Below are positions 35,837 to 45,832 of a DNA stretch of 56,595 bases, in pieces. The stretch covers positions 1 through 56,595 of IMG/VR virus record IMGVR_UViG_3300020045_020339. One strand, given 5' to 3'. Numbering within the stretch: the first letter of the stretch is position 1; every line of letters begins with the position of its first letter. The notes beneath the pieces were generated by a model that was not told the origin of the DNA, ran no database searches, and saw only the letters and a program-made list of their open reading frames with translations. The translations under genes and the position numbers were made by a program. This DNA comes from a virus. Lineage: Duplodnaviria; Caudoviricetes.

Positions 35837-36268
35837 ATGAAAAAACTTTTTTTAATCGCTGGAATCGCTGCTTTATTTATAGCAGCCGTTCCTTCAATAT
35901 CTGTGAATGCACAGATGGCCGTGCCAAAGGCGATGACAACAACTGCCTTCGGTAACGTTATCGATACTGTTGATAATACCGAGCAGCATGTTACTACACC
36001 TGCTGACGGTCTTATCAAGAACTGGAAAGCTGGTGCTACTGCAATGGTAGTAGTAAAGAAAATTTCCGGAACAGTCGGCGGTACATTGGTATTGCAAGGT
36101 AGCATGGACGGTACCGAATGGGTAACCATAGGTTCTGCCGCTACCGTAACAGATGCTTCAAACAACTATTCATTTAATACTACTGTGAGGTATTATTATT
36201 TCCGAATCAGTTGGACAGGCACCGGTACCATGTCGGCCAGCTTTAGACCATACCTGTTTACTTACTAA
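35837..36268 (+). CDS. Beta-rich protein with Sec signal peptide in head module
   Basis: MKKLFLIAGIAALFIAAVPSISVNA-Q; LQGSMDGTEW...YYYFRISW. Confidence 0.75.
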   Translation: MKKLFLIAGIAALFIAAVPSISVNAQMAVPKAMTTTAFGNVIDTVDNTEQHVTTPADGLIKNWKAGATAMVVVKKISGTVGGTLVLQGSMDGTEWVTIGSAATVTDASNNYSFNTTVRYYYFRISWTGTGTMSASFRPYLFTY

Positions 36269-36277
36269 GTTTAAATC

Positions 36278-36949
36278 ATGGCACTATACGAACCATTCAT
36301 TGACAGAACATATTTTATCGGGCCAATAACTATTGGTCAGGTAGATCAGCAGGCAGTAGAAGATGAGCTAAACCTTTTTATTCGCAAACACGAGTACGAA
36401 TTTTTAGTTCAGCTTCTCGGTCTGCCCTTGTACAAATCATTTTATGAAGGAATGCAGGGTAATGCAGTTGATGAAAGGTGGAAGGCTATGGCATACGGCA
36501 GTTTCTTTTTGCTGGATGTAAACACAGTAAAAACCGGCTACAAAAGAAATTCAATGGGTGGTTCTTATTGCATACCCGTTGGAGAATATTACGATCAAAT
36601 GCCGGTTAGTTACAAAGGCCTTGTAAAGCGTCCTGATGGTGATGAAAACACCGACTTTTTAAGTGCTGGTTATGGTGCTGAAAGCCCAATTGCAAAGTAC
36701 GTGTACTACTACTGGATGATGAGCCATGCTTCCGTTAGCGGCGGCACAGGTGAAAGTATTCAGCAGGTACAGAATGGCCAGGCTATTACTAACAACCGTA
36801 AGATGATCAACGCATGGAATGAAATGTGTAATGAGGTAGAAACCTTTTACTTTTTTCTTGACATGCATATTGCTGATTATCCTGAGTTTAATTTGATACC
36901 TGATGCAAGATTTTCACCATTGCCAATAAACGAATTTAATCTGTTGTAA
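36278..36949 (+). CDS. Putative head-tail adaptor
   Basis: Position; EFLVQLLGLPLY and SPIAKYVYYYW...AWNEM segments. Confidence 0.6.
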   Translation: MALYEPFIDRTYFIGPITIGQVDQQAVEDELNLFIRKHEYEFLVQLLGLPLYKSFYEGMQGNAVDERWKAMAYGSFFLLDVNTVKTGYKRNSMGGSYCIPVGEYYDQMPVSYKGLVKRPDGDENTDFLSAGYGAESPIAKYVYYYWMMSHASVSGGTGESIQQVQNGQAITNNRKMINAWNEMCNEVETFYFFLDMHIADYPEFNLIPDARFSPLPINEFNLL

Positions 36950-37501
36950 ATGGTACCTGTAGTTAACATAGTAACGGAGGTGGTACAAAAGGTTAGCGTT
37001 GCAATTACGCCATACCTACAAACCATCAACAATAAATATGAAGGTGTTCGTTTCGATTATGGGCACCCGGCAGATATCATTGCAAAGATTGTTCAGTTTG
37101 GTCCAACAGAGGAAAACCGGTTTAAAAAATATCCATTGATCGGATTGTTTTTAGACTTTCCTCAAACCCGTGGCGTAAATAATGAAACGGAAACCCGGGT
37201 AAAATTGAGCATGTTTATTTGCATTGGAACGCAGGCAAACTACACACCACAGCAGCGTACGCAACAATCGTTTGTGCCAATATTAATACCGATCTATGAT
37301 GAACTGATGAAACAGTTTTTAAAACATAATGCAGTCATCAAACCGGAAAATTTAAAAATACCTCACGAATATGTAGAGCGCTACCAGTGGGGTAAAGGTG
37401 GATTGGAATATTATGACAATGGAAAGAAAAACGTTTTTAACGATTTCATTGATGCGATAGAACTGATCAACCTGGAACTGGATTTAAAAAACATTTGTTA
37501 A
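36950..37501 (+). CDS. Putative tail completion/terminator protein
   Basis: 183 aa directly upstream of tail tube; KYPLIGL segment. Confidence 0.5.
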   Translation: MVPVVNIVTEVVQKVSVAITPYLQTINNKYEGVRFDYGHPADIIAKIVQFGPTEENRFKKYPLIGLFLDFPQTRGVNNETETRVKLSMFICIGTQANYTPQQRTQQSFVPILIPIYDELMKQFLKHNAVIKPENLKIPHEYVERYQWGKGGLEYYDNGKKNVFNDFIDAIELINLELDLKNIC

Positions 37502-37520
37502 TCAAAATAAATTATTTCAC

Positions 37521-38450
37521 ATGAACGTAAATACTATTTCCTGTCTTGCACAGAATGCAAATACAGGATATGCAGACTGCCCTGTTCATATAAAATTTGA
37601 AGGGGCAATCGAAGTACCAGCCAGTAAGAGATTTACCAAGGCTGAAGTACAGGCATTAGGCACAACCCTGAATGCCATGATCATAAATGCTTCCAAAAGC
37701 AGCCGTGCATTTCCTTTTCCGCCATTCATTAAAGATGAAAGTACAGGAGGTGATCCCAACAATGTTGAGTTTGATAATGGAGAAGAAATTACTACCTGGG
37801 AGAACTATTACAAATTGAATTTCAGTTTTTATCGTGGTGGTTTGCCGTTAAGTAATGCATTACGTAGCCGTAATGGCCGTGACACAGCATTTCTTTTTTA
37901 TGGTAACGGTATTGTTTTCGGTACTACAATCAATGGCGAATATGCCGGCGTACCGGTGTATAATTTTTGGAGCACAGCAAAACCAGGTGCTTTCAAAAGA
38001 GAGAATGCATACAGCTGGAAAGGCTCAACTCCCGTTCCTTTCTTAACTGATAAGGTATGGTATGTAGAAGATGACTTTGGCGCTGCTGACCTTAAAGGTT
38101 TGCATATCGTTGATTTATCAACTACTACTACTCCGGAAGTAAGTGCAACCGGCCTTGCAATTCTTGATGTAAAAGAAAGAGGTTACGGTACCGATTACGG
38201 TGCATTGTACCCTACAGAATTGGCAGCAGTAACATGGACCTGTAAAAACAGGGCAACAGGTTTAGCAATTGTTGTAACTGGTGTAACCGTTGTAGGTGGT
38301 AAACTGAATGTTAACCTGGATGATACCGATCTTAACTATCCTGCAACTGGTGAATGGTTAACAATCGTTCCTCCAAATGTTACATCATTGATTGCAGGTG
38401 GTATTCTTAATGCAGAAATTGAGCCATTGGATATTAAAGTAACCGTTTAA
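37521..38450 (+). CDS. Putative major tail tube protein
   Basis: 309 aa, beta-rich, followed by a terminator; position in tail module. Confidence 0.6.
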   Translation: MNVNTISCLAQNANTGYADCPVHIKFEGAIEVPASKRFTKAEVQALGTTLNAMIINASKSSRAFPFPPFIKDESTGGDPNNVEFDNGEEITTWENYYKLNFSFYRGGLPLSNALRSRNGRDTAFLFYGNGIVFGTTINGEYAGVPVYNFWSTAKPGAFKRENAYSWKGSTPVPFLTDKVWYVEDDFGAADLKGLHIVDLSTTTTPEVSATGLAILDVKERGYGTDYGALYPTELAAVTWTCKNRATGLAIVVTGVTVVGGKLNVNLDDTDLNYPATGEWLTIVPPNVTSLIAGGILNAEIEPLDIKVTV

Positions 38451-38471
38451 AATTCTATTCCCTTTAAAAAT

Positions 38472-38504
38472 AAAAAGGCTGCTGCATAGGTAGCGGCCTT
38501 TTTT
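38472..38504 (+). terminator. Intrinsic terminator
   Basis: AAAAAGGCTGCT...AGCGGCCTTTTTT. Confidence 0.7.
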
Positions 38505-38517
38505 AAATCTTCCTTTT

Positions 38518-38826
38518 ATGATGCTCAATGATATCCAATTTAATATTGCATGGTGGTTAAAAACCTGCTCAACAGCAGACGCCTTTGCCGACCATCCAAA
38601 AAATAAACACCTCATCGACGGAAGAAAATGCAAACGGGAAGATCTGGTTTTATACTTCAATAAAATTTCCGGCCATGACAATCAAGGAGTACAACAAGAA
38701 GTTTCAGAAGCTGGACTTCAGCAAAGCAGTACAGCAGAGCATAGCGGCGAAGGCGTCACAGATAGCCGACCTGCAAGCGATACAAATGTCCAAAGGCCAA
38801 AAAAGAGACGGCAATCTAATGCCTGA
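38518..38826 (+). CDS. Hypothetical protein
   Basis: 102 aa; low-complexity C-terminus overlaps next gene. Confidence 0.5.
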   Translation: MMLNDIQFNIAWWLKTCSTADAFADHPKNKHLIDGRKCKREDLVLYFNKISGHDNQGVQQEVSEAGLQQSSTAEHSGEGVTDSRPASDTNVQRPKKRRQSNA

Positions 38827-39118
38827 TTATTCGGAGCGATCAATTAATGAATTTGGAAAAAAGCCCGGGCCATGGAGATTGAAAGAAACAGGTGCTTTTT
38901 ATTTGGGCATTACCGTTAAGGATATCAATGAAAAAGGATGGACGCTAACCAGTACCGATAGTAAAACTGCTATGCTGGAAAAGAAAGCCGGTAAAAGGAT
39001 CTTTGGTTTAAATGATGAAACACGGGCAGGCGGTTCAGAAAGTGAACCATTGGCAACCGGAATAATATTACCGGAATTAAAAAAGCAGATGGAAGCCCAA
39101 ACAGGATTAAAATTTTAA
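38675..39118 (+). CDS. Putative neck/tail-completion protein
   Basis: ATG 38675; RLKETGAFY and IFGLN segments typical of virion morphogenesis proteins. Confidence 0.6.
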   Translation: MTIKEYNKKFQKLDFSKAVQQSIAAKASQIADLQAIQMSKGQKRDGNLMPDYSERSINEFGKKPGPWRLKETGAFYLGITVKDINEKGWTLTSTDSKTAMLEKKAGKRIFGLNDETRAGGSESEPLATGIILPELKKQMEAQTGLKF

Positions 39119-39128
39119 ATGCTCCCCG

Positions 39129-39344
39129 ATGGAAAATGAAGGCTGTATAGGTTGTACTCAGCAGGCAATTGCCAACCGCAACCAAAAAACCATTACCCAA
39201 TTAGAAGCACAAAAATATACTAATGAAAAAAAGGTTAACACAGTTGTATATTTTGATGGTACAGTGTATCAATTTTGTGAAGAGCAAGCTGCCAGACAAA
39301 TGGCGCAAACAAATATCATCGGCTTATATACTCCACAACATTGA
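39129..39344 (+). CDS. Hypothetical protein
   Basis: 71 aa with N-terminal CxxC. Confidence 0.55.
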   Translation: MENEGCIGCTQQAIANRNQKTITQLEAQKYTNEKKVNTVVYFDGTVYQFCEEQAARQMAQTNIIGLYTPQH

Positions 39345-39909
39345 GACCTTACCATTATCAGCATTTATCGACTGCATTACAGGCCGATCATTGCAAGGTT
39401 TAATTATTTCCGGAAAACCATCACAAGATATTTTAAAGCTGAAATTTGACAGCATCACCATTGACTATTACGATATTATTGGTGGCGAAAGCAATACCAT
39501 TTATGCCGGGTTACTAAAAAGGAAAACACGTTTGCAATCAAAGCAAACTCAATTATATGCCATCATTAAAATATACCTTCTAAATAAAAGCCCTGAGTTG
39601 AAAAAGCTGATGAGTAAGAACGGTTTTTATTTTGAAAAAGATTTACCTGATAATATTCTCATCAAAAAATATGAAGCCTTTGCAAAAGGTATGGCTATCG
39701 ATCTGGAGCATGTAGAAAAAGATATTGCTAACTTTTTAAAGAGCAATGGAGGCGATGGCAAGCCGGTTACCAGAGAAACTTATATCAGCAATATTATTTC
39801 AATGGCAAAAGAAAATTTTATCGTTGATATCAATAAATCAACAGCTGAATATTATGCCTTAACGTTCAAAGCATTTAACCAATTTATGGAAATTAAAGCC
39901 GCAGCATAA
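39223..39909 (+). CDS. Putative tail assembly chaperone
   Basis: Directly upstream of tape measure, TAATG coupling; start uncertain. Confidence 0.55.
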   Translation: MKKRLTQLYILMVQCINFVKSKLPDKWRKQISSAYILHNIETLPLSAFIDCITGRSLQGLIISGKPSQDILKLKFDSITIDYYDIIGGESNTIYAGLLKRKTRLQSKQTQLYAIIKIYLLNKSPELKKLMSKNGFYFEKDLPDNILIKKYEAFAKGMAIDLEHVEKDIANFLKSNGGDGKPVTRETYISNIISMAKENFIVDINKSTAEYYALTFKAFNQFMEIKAAA

Positions 39910-42900
39910 TGCCAAATACAGATATTATATCAGACGTAGTAGCAAGTGAAGCATTTAAGAATGTAATAAAAATGCAGGAGGCGATGGATCTGCTGGAAAA
40001 GAAGTTTGTTTCCACTGCACAGGCTGCTGATATTGCTAATGCTGCCATATCCGGTTCAAAAGGAATTAAAGAACTACAGGCCGCTACTGCTAATTTAAAC
40101 ACCGAAAACGAACAGCTTTTAAAACTTGAAAAAGAAATTGCCAACACAGCAGCCAAACGTGCTATTGCTGAAAGTAATTTAGGTAAGGTGTTAGCAGAGG
40201 AAAAGCTGATGCTGGAGCAACTGAATAAAGAGAATAAGAACCGGGCAAAATTGCAGTTAACAGAAGCCGGTAGCCTAGCCCGTATAGATGCTGTTATACT
40301 TAAACTACAAGCCAGCCAGCGGGCTTTAAATCTTACCACTGATGAAGGGCAGAAAAAAAATGAGCTGTATAAAAAATCAATTGACAGGTTATCGGAAGCA
40401 AGAAAAAGAGATAGCGATTCGGTTACACAACAAAGATTAAACGTTGGTAATTACCAAGGTGCTGCAAAAACTATTGTTGAAGCCCTGGAAAAAGAAAAAA
40501 AGAAACTGGAAGAACTGCAAAAAATTAAAGTGCAGTATGCCAGTACATCATATAAGCCAGCTAATACAGGTGGCGCAAGTTCTAATACTATTAGTGGCGG
40601 CTTTGGTTTTGGTCAGGGCAACCGGTCCATGGATCAGATCAATAAAGAAATTGCTGAATCTACCACAAAATTTAAAGCACTACAGGCCATAGTTGATAAA
40701 CCACAATTTTTAAAAGTAACCGCTGGAGCTGGTGATGCTACAAAGCAATTAGCCTTTTTAAGGAAAGAATTAATTAATCTGGAAGTAAATGGATTGGGTG
40801 ATTCGCAGGCGGCAAATGATTTACGTAAAAGCTTAGCTGAATTAACCGACCAAATTGCTGATGCAAAGCAGGAAGTAAAAGCATTGTCTTCTGATACCCG
40901 TGGTATGGATTTATTTGCAGGATCTGTTTCTTTTGCTGCTGATGTTTTCCAAACAGCCGCTGGTGCAGCAGTATTATTTGGCGCTAGTGAAGAAGATGCT
41001 GCTGAAGCTACAAGAACTCTAGTAGCAATTCAATCTATCTCTAACGGTGTAAAAGGAATAGGTAATGAATTAACTACCCGTGGTACGGCCGCAAACTTAG
41101 TTTATACAGTAGGGCAAAGAGCTTTTGCAACAGCGACAGATGCAAGTGCAGCGGCTCAATTGAGACTTGCAGCAGCTTCAAAGTTACTATTTGGATTAGG
41201 TATTGCGGCAGGCATAGCCTTTCTTATAATTAAAATTATTCAATATAGAAACGCTGCAAGAGAAGCTGCAAGGGAAAGTCTGCTTATGGCAGAGGTAAAT
41301 AAAAAAGTAGCGGAATCGGCAGGACAAGAACTTGCTAGCCTTAGCGCTCTTTATAAAGTTGCCACCAATACTACTTTATCAATTAAGGAACGGAAAAAGG
41401 CAGTCAATGAATTGCAGGATCAATATCCAGATTATTTTAAAAATATAAAAGATGAGGTTATTCTGCAAGGGAAAGCAGCGGATGCTTATGATAAAACAAA
41501 ACTTGCAATTTTAGAAACTGCTAAAACAAGGGCTATTGAATCAAAGCTAGCTGAATTAGCTTCTAAAGAATTGCAAATAACTTTTGATAATGAAGATAAG
41601 GCATTAGCAAAGAGGGATGCAATGACGCAAGATAGAATTAACAAGCAAAAATTAGCAGCAAAAAAAGCAAGTGGGGATGGTAGCGGAATTTCACCTGAAG
41701 CTTTCTTAGCTGGACAGGGTGCAGTAGATGCTATTAATGAAAGTTTAACTGAATCAAATAAAGAACTTGCTGACATCGCAAAAGACAGAGCATTTTTATT
41801 AGGTCAAATTACTTCATCAGGAATCGCAAAACCTAAAGAAGAGAAGGTAGATAATAAAGCATTAAATGCTGCCAAAAAGATGGCAGATGAATTGGCAAAA
41901 TTTAACAGTAAACTTTCTGCTGATGAATTAAAAGCAAAGCAAGCCGTAGACCAACTCAAATTAAAACAAGCTTCCGATACCTTTAAAAGAATTGCTGATG
42001 ATGAGAAAGCTTCATTGCAGGAAAGGCTAATAGCTAATGGCTTTTATTATGGAGCACTTCAAAAAACAATAACCAATAATGCAGAGTTTGAAAAACAGCA
42101 ACTGATAAACGGTACCATAAAAGAAAAAGAAGAAATATTAAAGAGAAAACTTAGCCAACAGGAAAAAGCGGATCTTCTTTTACAAATCAATAATCAGCTT
42201 GTTGCGATAGAAAAGAAAACGCAGGATGAAATTGGGCAGGTTTACCGTGATGGCATTGCTAATCAGAAGAAGTTGATAGAAGAGAATGTTGCCATGCAGA
42301 TTGAAGCATTAACAAAAGCATCAGCTGGCAGGATTTCTCAAATCAATACTGCCGAGTCTTTGGAATTAATAGCGCTAGAGGATAAGTATAAAAATGGTAA
42401 TGTAACATTTGAAGATTATGAAAAGGAGAGACTAAAAATTCAAGAGGCTTATTCTTTAAAAAGATTAGAGGATGAATTAAATACTGCTGAAAAGTTACTT
42501 AAAATAGCAAAGGCTGCTGGCAATGATACCAAAAAAGCAGAAGAGGATATTGCAGCAATTAAATTAAAAATTAAGGAAAATACAAGTGCTGCATCAAAGA
42601 CGAAAAATAAAAAGGAGTTACAGGATGAAATTGAATTACTGAAGAAAAAGAAAGATTTGTGGATGGAGTTAGGAATGACTTTAAAAGATACAGTATTCTC
42701 CTTTATTGATTCCGGTTTTGAGCGCCAAAAAAATACCCTTGAAAAAGAAAAGACATTAATTGATGAAAGAAGAGATGCAGAATTAGCCCGTATAAATAAA
42801 CTGAATATTAGTGAAGCGGATAAAGCCGATAAAATAAAAATACTTGATGCTAATGTTCAGGCGCAAAAAGAAGCTATTGCCCGTAGGCAAAAACAAATTG

Positions 42901-43469
42901 ATATTCAAAAGGCAAAGGCTGATAAGGTAAAAGCAATATTTGATATTGGAATAAATACGGCTGTTGCTATAATGAAAGTTGCGCCTAATGCTGTTTTAAT
43001 GGCACTTACCGCTGCAATTGGTGCCTTACAATTAGCCGCTGTTATTGCCCGGCCTATTCCTGAATACTGGACTGGTACCGATGATAGTAAAGGTGGCCCA
43101 GTATGGTTAGGTGAGCGTGGTAAAGAGTTATTGATCACCCCGGATAATAAGGCTTTTGAAACACCTGGTACCGCAACACTGGCAAATATTCCTGCACATA
43201 GTAAAGTAATCAACAATACCGAGTATATGCGAATGATAAGGGATAATGAAATAAACACGGTAACAAAAAATAATCGTCCGGTTGATGAGCGGGCATTCCT
43301 GCAATGGCAAACAAAGCAAGCTGAAAAAAATACTGAAGAAATTGTTAACGCAATTAAAAATGCTCCACAGGTTATAAATAAAATTTCACCATACGGTATT
43401 GAATCTTTCAAAAAGAGTGGACAAAGTTGGAATGAATACATTGATAAAAAAGTTCGTTTTAAAAATTAA
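39909..43469 (+). CDS. Tape measure protein
   Basis: 1186 aa helical A/K/E-rich, RLNVGNY motif, hydrophobic segments, C-terminal WLGERGKELL. Confidence 0.9.
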   Translation: MPNTDIISDVVASEAFKNVIKMQEAMDLLEKKFVSTAQAADIANAAISGSKGIKELQAATANLNTENEQLLKLEKEIANTAAKRAIAESNLGKVLAEEKLMLEQLNKENKNRAKLQLTEAGSLARIDAVILKLQASQRALNLTTDEGQKKNELYKKSIDRLSEARKRDSDSVTQQRLNVGNYQGAAKTIVEALEKEKKKLEELQKIKVQYASTSYKPANTGGASSNTISGGFGFGQGNRSMDQINKEIAESTTKFKALQAIVDKPQFLKVTAGAGDATKQLAFLRKELINLEVNGLGDSQAANDLRKSLAELTDQIADAKQEVKALSSDTRGMDLFAGSVSFAADVFQTAAGAAVLFGASEEDAAEATRTLVAIQSISNGVKGIGNELTTRGTAANLVYTVGQRAFATATDASAAAQLRLAAASKLLFGLGIAAGIAFLIIKIIQYRNAAREAARESLLMAEVNKKVAESAGQELASLSALYKVATNTTLSIKERKKAVNELQDQYPDYFKNIKDEVILQGKAADAYDKTKLAILETAKTRAIESKLAELASKELQITFDNEDKALAKRDAMTQDRINKQKLAAKKASGDGSGISPEAFLAGQGAVDAINESLTESNKELADIAKDRAFLLGQITSSGIAKPKEEKVDNKALNAAKKMADELAKFNSKLSADELKAKQAVDQLKLKQASDTFKRIADDEKASLQERLIANGFYYGALQKTITNNAEFEKQQLINGTIKEKEEILKRKLSQQEKADLLLQINNQLVAIEKKTQDEIGQVYRDGIANQKKLIEENVAMQIEALTKASAGRISQINTAESLELIALEDKYKNGNVTFEDYEKERLKIQEAYSLKRLEDELNTAEKLLKIAKAAGNDTKKAEEDIAAIKLKIKENTSAASKTKNKKELQDEIELLKKKKDLWMELGMTLKDTVFSFIDSGFERQKNTLEKEKTLIDERRDAELARINKLNISEADKADKIKILDANVQAQKEAIARRQKQIDIQKAKADKVKAIFDIGINTAVAIMKVAPNAVLMALTAAIGALQLAAVIARPIPEYWTGTDDSKGGPVWLGERGKELLITPDNKAFETPGTATLANIPAHSKVINNTEYMRMIRDNEINTVTKNNRPVDERAFLQWQTKQAEKNTEEIVNAIKNAPQVINKISPYGIESFKKSGQSWNEYIDKKVRFKN

Positions 43470-43471
43470 GT

Positions 43472-45832
43472 ATGCAAGGCCCAAAATTCAAATACTACTT
43501 TAAAAATCAGGCAGGATTATACTACTTTATTGATGAGCTCGATACAGTACAGGTAACTGTTTCTAAAACGGAAATAGTTCATGCCCCAAAAGGATGGATG
43601 GAGATGATTGCCGGCCTTATGCATAACACCAAACGAAAAGGCAATTTTAAAAAAATAAGTACACCACTGCAGTTTGTAATTGATGGTAAAAAAATACTGG
43701 ATTATATCGCCGCATACGAGGGTACCCAAGGCTATCTTGATTTTGTAATTGAGCAACAAGTGCCGGATGATTTTAGTTATACACTTTTCTTTAATGGTAC
43801 CATCGATTTTGAAGAGTATGTTTTTGGCGATGTATTTAGTACTGCCAATATACGGGAGCAAACATTGCTTGATATTATTGAAGCAAAAGGATCTGTAGTT
43901 TATGAAATTATTCTGGATGATACCAATGCGGTAGATGTGCAGGAAGATGGTATAAACCTCCATTATAAAACGCTGGATACTGTTGTAGATGGATTTGGTA
44001 CCAGCAGCAGTTGGAATACGGGCAGGCATATTGTAGAATTAATTGAAGCCAGCAGCGAAAACCCATATACAAAACCAACAACAAGAACAAAATATACTAA
44101 TCATCCCGGTGATGTGCCTGGTACTAATGGAGAGTTTTATGTTGCTGAGGTAGCAGGAAATTTAAAAATAGAATTTGATTATAAAGTTTTTGTAAAATGG
44201 ACGGATTCGGGCAGTGTACCTGGTCCGGGCAGTGCATTGCGTTATGATATTTTAAAAAGAAAAGTTGATGGTTCATTTTTTAATAATATAATTTATCAGG
44301 TTCTAGGGCAAACTAATATTTTTTCAGTATCCTACTTAACAGGTAAACTACATCATATAGTTGGATCAATAAATTTAACGCTTGATCCTGGCGATAAGCT
44401 TTATTTATGTTGCAATGTTTCGGGCATGAATGCTTTAGCACAACCCTGCATGACAACCTATCAGGATAGTCCCGCAGAATTTATTATCGACAGCCTACAA
44501 AGATCACCGGCAACCATGCACAAAGCAATAAGGCCATATAAACTTTGGCAGGAACTAATTGCTAAAGCAACCAACGGTGCATATGGTGCTATAAGCCCTT
44601 TTCTTTTTGCCAATAATAATCTTATTCTTATTCCGGGTTCATCTTTACGTGGCGATGCGGTTATCAGCATTAAAACAACTTTGGATGAATTTTTAAAATA
44701 CTGTTGGGTAAATCATGTTGCTGTAATTACTGATATTATTGGGCAAAATGGAGAGATAAAACATTTTGCCGATACTTTTATTGATGCAGAAGTAATGCAA
44801 CTGGGGGAGGTAGCTAATTTTGAATGGTCATTTAGCAAAGAGCATCATGTAAGTACTATAAAAGTGGGGTACGAAAACATTGATTTTGGAGTAGATAATC
44901 AGATCAATGGTAAAGATGAGTTTAATCAAACCAATCATTTTACTACCGGGCAGGATAAGCTGAAAGCGGAATATGATATTGTAAGTCCATACATTGCCAG
45001 CATGTATGCCCACGAATTATTGAGGGTAAATTTTGGCAACAGAAAAACTACCGATAACAAAAGTGATAATAAAGTTTTTATACTGGATGCAGAGCAGGGT
45101 ACAGATGTGCAATGGTACAATGGGCCTTTTACTGTAGATGCTGTTAATAGAAGAATAATAATTCCTAAAGCACTTTCAAATGTTCCGCCAACAATTACAA
45201 TCAGCAATGCTGCAGCAAACAACGGTGTATTTACAGTGCAATCTGTTTCTGTAGTAGGCAATACAACCACTATACAATTGCCTTTAATACTGGTTTTAAC
45301 AGCAGGCAATTTTTCCGGCCTCATTTCTTATTTTGATGCCGCCGTTTATCAGCCCAGAAGGCCGGCATTTGTAACCGTAACAGGATTGCTTGATCCTGCA
45401 AGTGCTTTTAATATTGAAATAAGTCCTAAGCATTTACTGTTGCTTCATGCCGCAATAATAAGTGCTGGTGTTTACAACAGTACTGCCAATGCTGCATTGG
45501 ATACCCTTAAATTTCAAAGCGGCGATAAGAATGTATTACTTTCTGTTTCTTATGATAATGTAGCATTTGTAACAGAAAATGCTGATGAATTATTGAGCCT
45601 GTTGCCTCAGCCGCATTATATTCCAGTAGTCTTCACTTTCGAAACTGACTACCGCTCCGATATCTATACTTTTATGCAGGGCACTAATAAATACAGGTAT
45701 ATAAGTTTTACATGGAAAGGAATAAACCTCAGTGGTTATGTTTTGGATATTACCAACAATCCTGATAATGATGCAAAACAAAAATGGAAACTATTAAGTA
45801 CCGCCACACCTAACATTTTAAATTTAATATAA
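43472..45832 (+). CDS. Tail tip/hub protein
   Basis: 786 aa directly after TMP. Confidence 0.65.
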   Translation: MQGPKFKYYFKNQAGLYYFIDELDTVQVTVSKTEIVHAPKGWMEMIAGLMHNTKRKGNFKKISTPLQFVIDGKKILDYIAAYEGTQGYLDFVIEQQVPDDFSYTLFFNGTIDFEEYVFGDVFSTANIREQTLLDIIEAKGSVVYEIILDDTNAVDVQEDGINLHYKTLDTVVDGFGTSSSWNTGRHIVELIEASSENPYTKPTTRTKYTNHPGDVPGTNGEFYVAEVAGNLKIEFDYKVFVKWTDSGSVPGPGSALRYDILKRKVDGSFFNNIIYQVLGQTNIFSVSYLTGKLHHIVGSINLTLDPGDKLYLCCNVSGMNALAQPCMTTYQDSPAEFIIDSLQRSPATMHKAIRPYKLWQELIAKATNGAYGAISPFLFANNNLILIPGSSLRGDAVISIKTTLDEFLKYCWVNHVAVITDIIGQNGEIKHFADTFIDAEVMQLGEVANFEWSFSKEHHVSTIKVGYENIDFGVDNQINGKDEFNQTNHFTTGQDKLKAEYDIVSPYIASMYAHELLRVNFGNRKTTDNKSDNKVFILDAEQGTDVQWYNGPFTVDAVNRRIIIPKALSNVPPTITISNAAANNGVFTVQSVSVVGNTTTIQLPLILVLTAGNFSGLISYFDAAVYQPRRPAFVTVTGLLDPASAFNIEISPKHLLLLHAAIISAGVYNSTANAALDTLKFQSGDKNVLLSVSYDNVAFVTENADELLSLLPQPHYIPVVFTFETDYRSDIYTFMQGTNKYRYISFTWKGINLSGYVLDITNNPDNDAKQKWKLLSTATPNILNLI

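Noticed and set aside
39223-39240. A-AAA-AAG slippery site as the tail-chaperone -1 frameshift
   Set aside because: A -1 shift from the 39129 frame reads GGT then TAA and stops; the long downstream ORF is in the +1 frame
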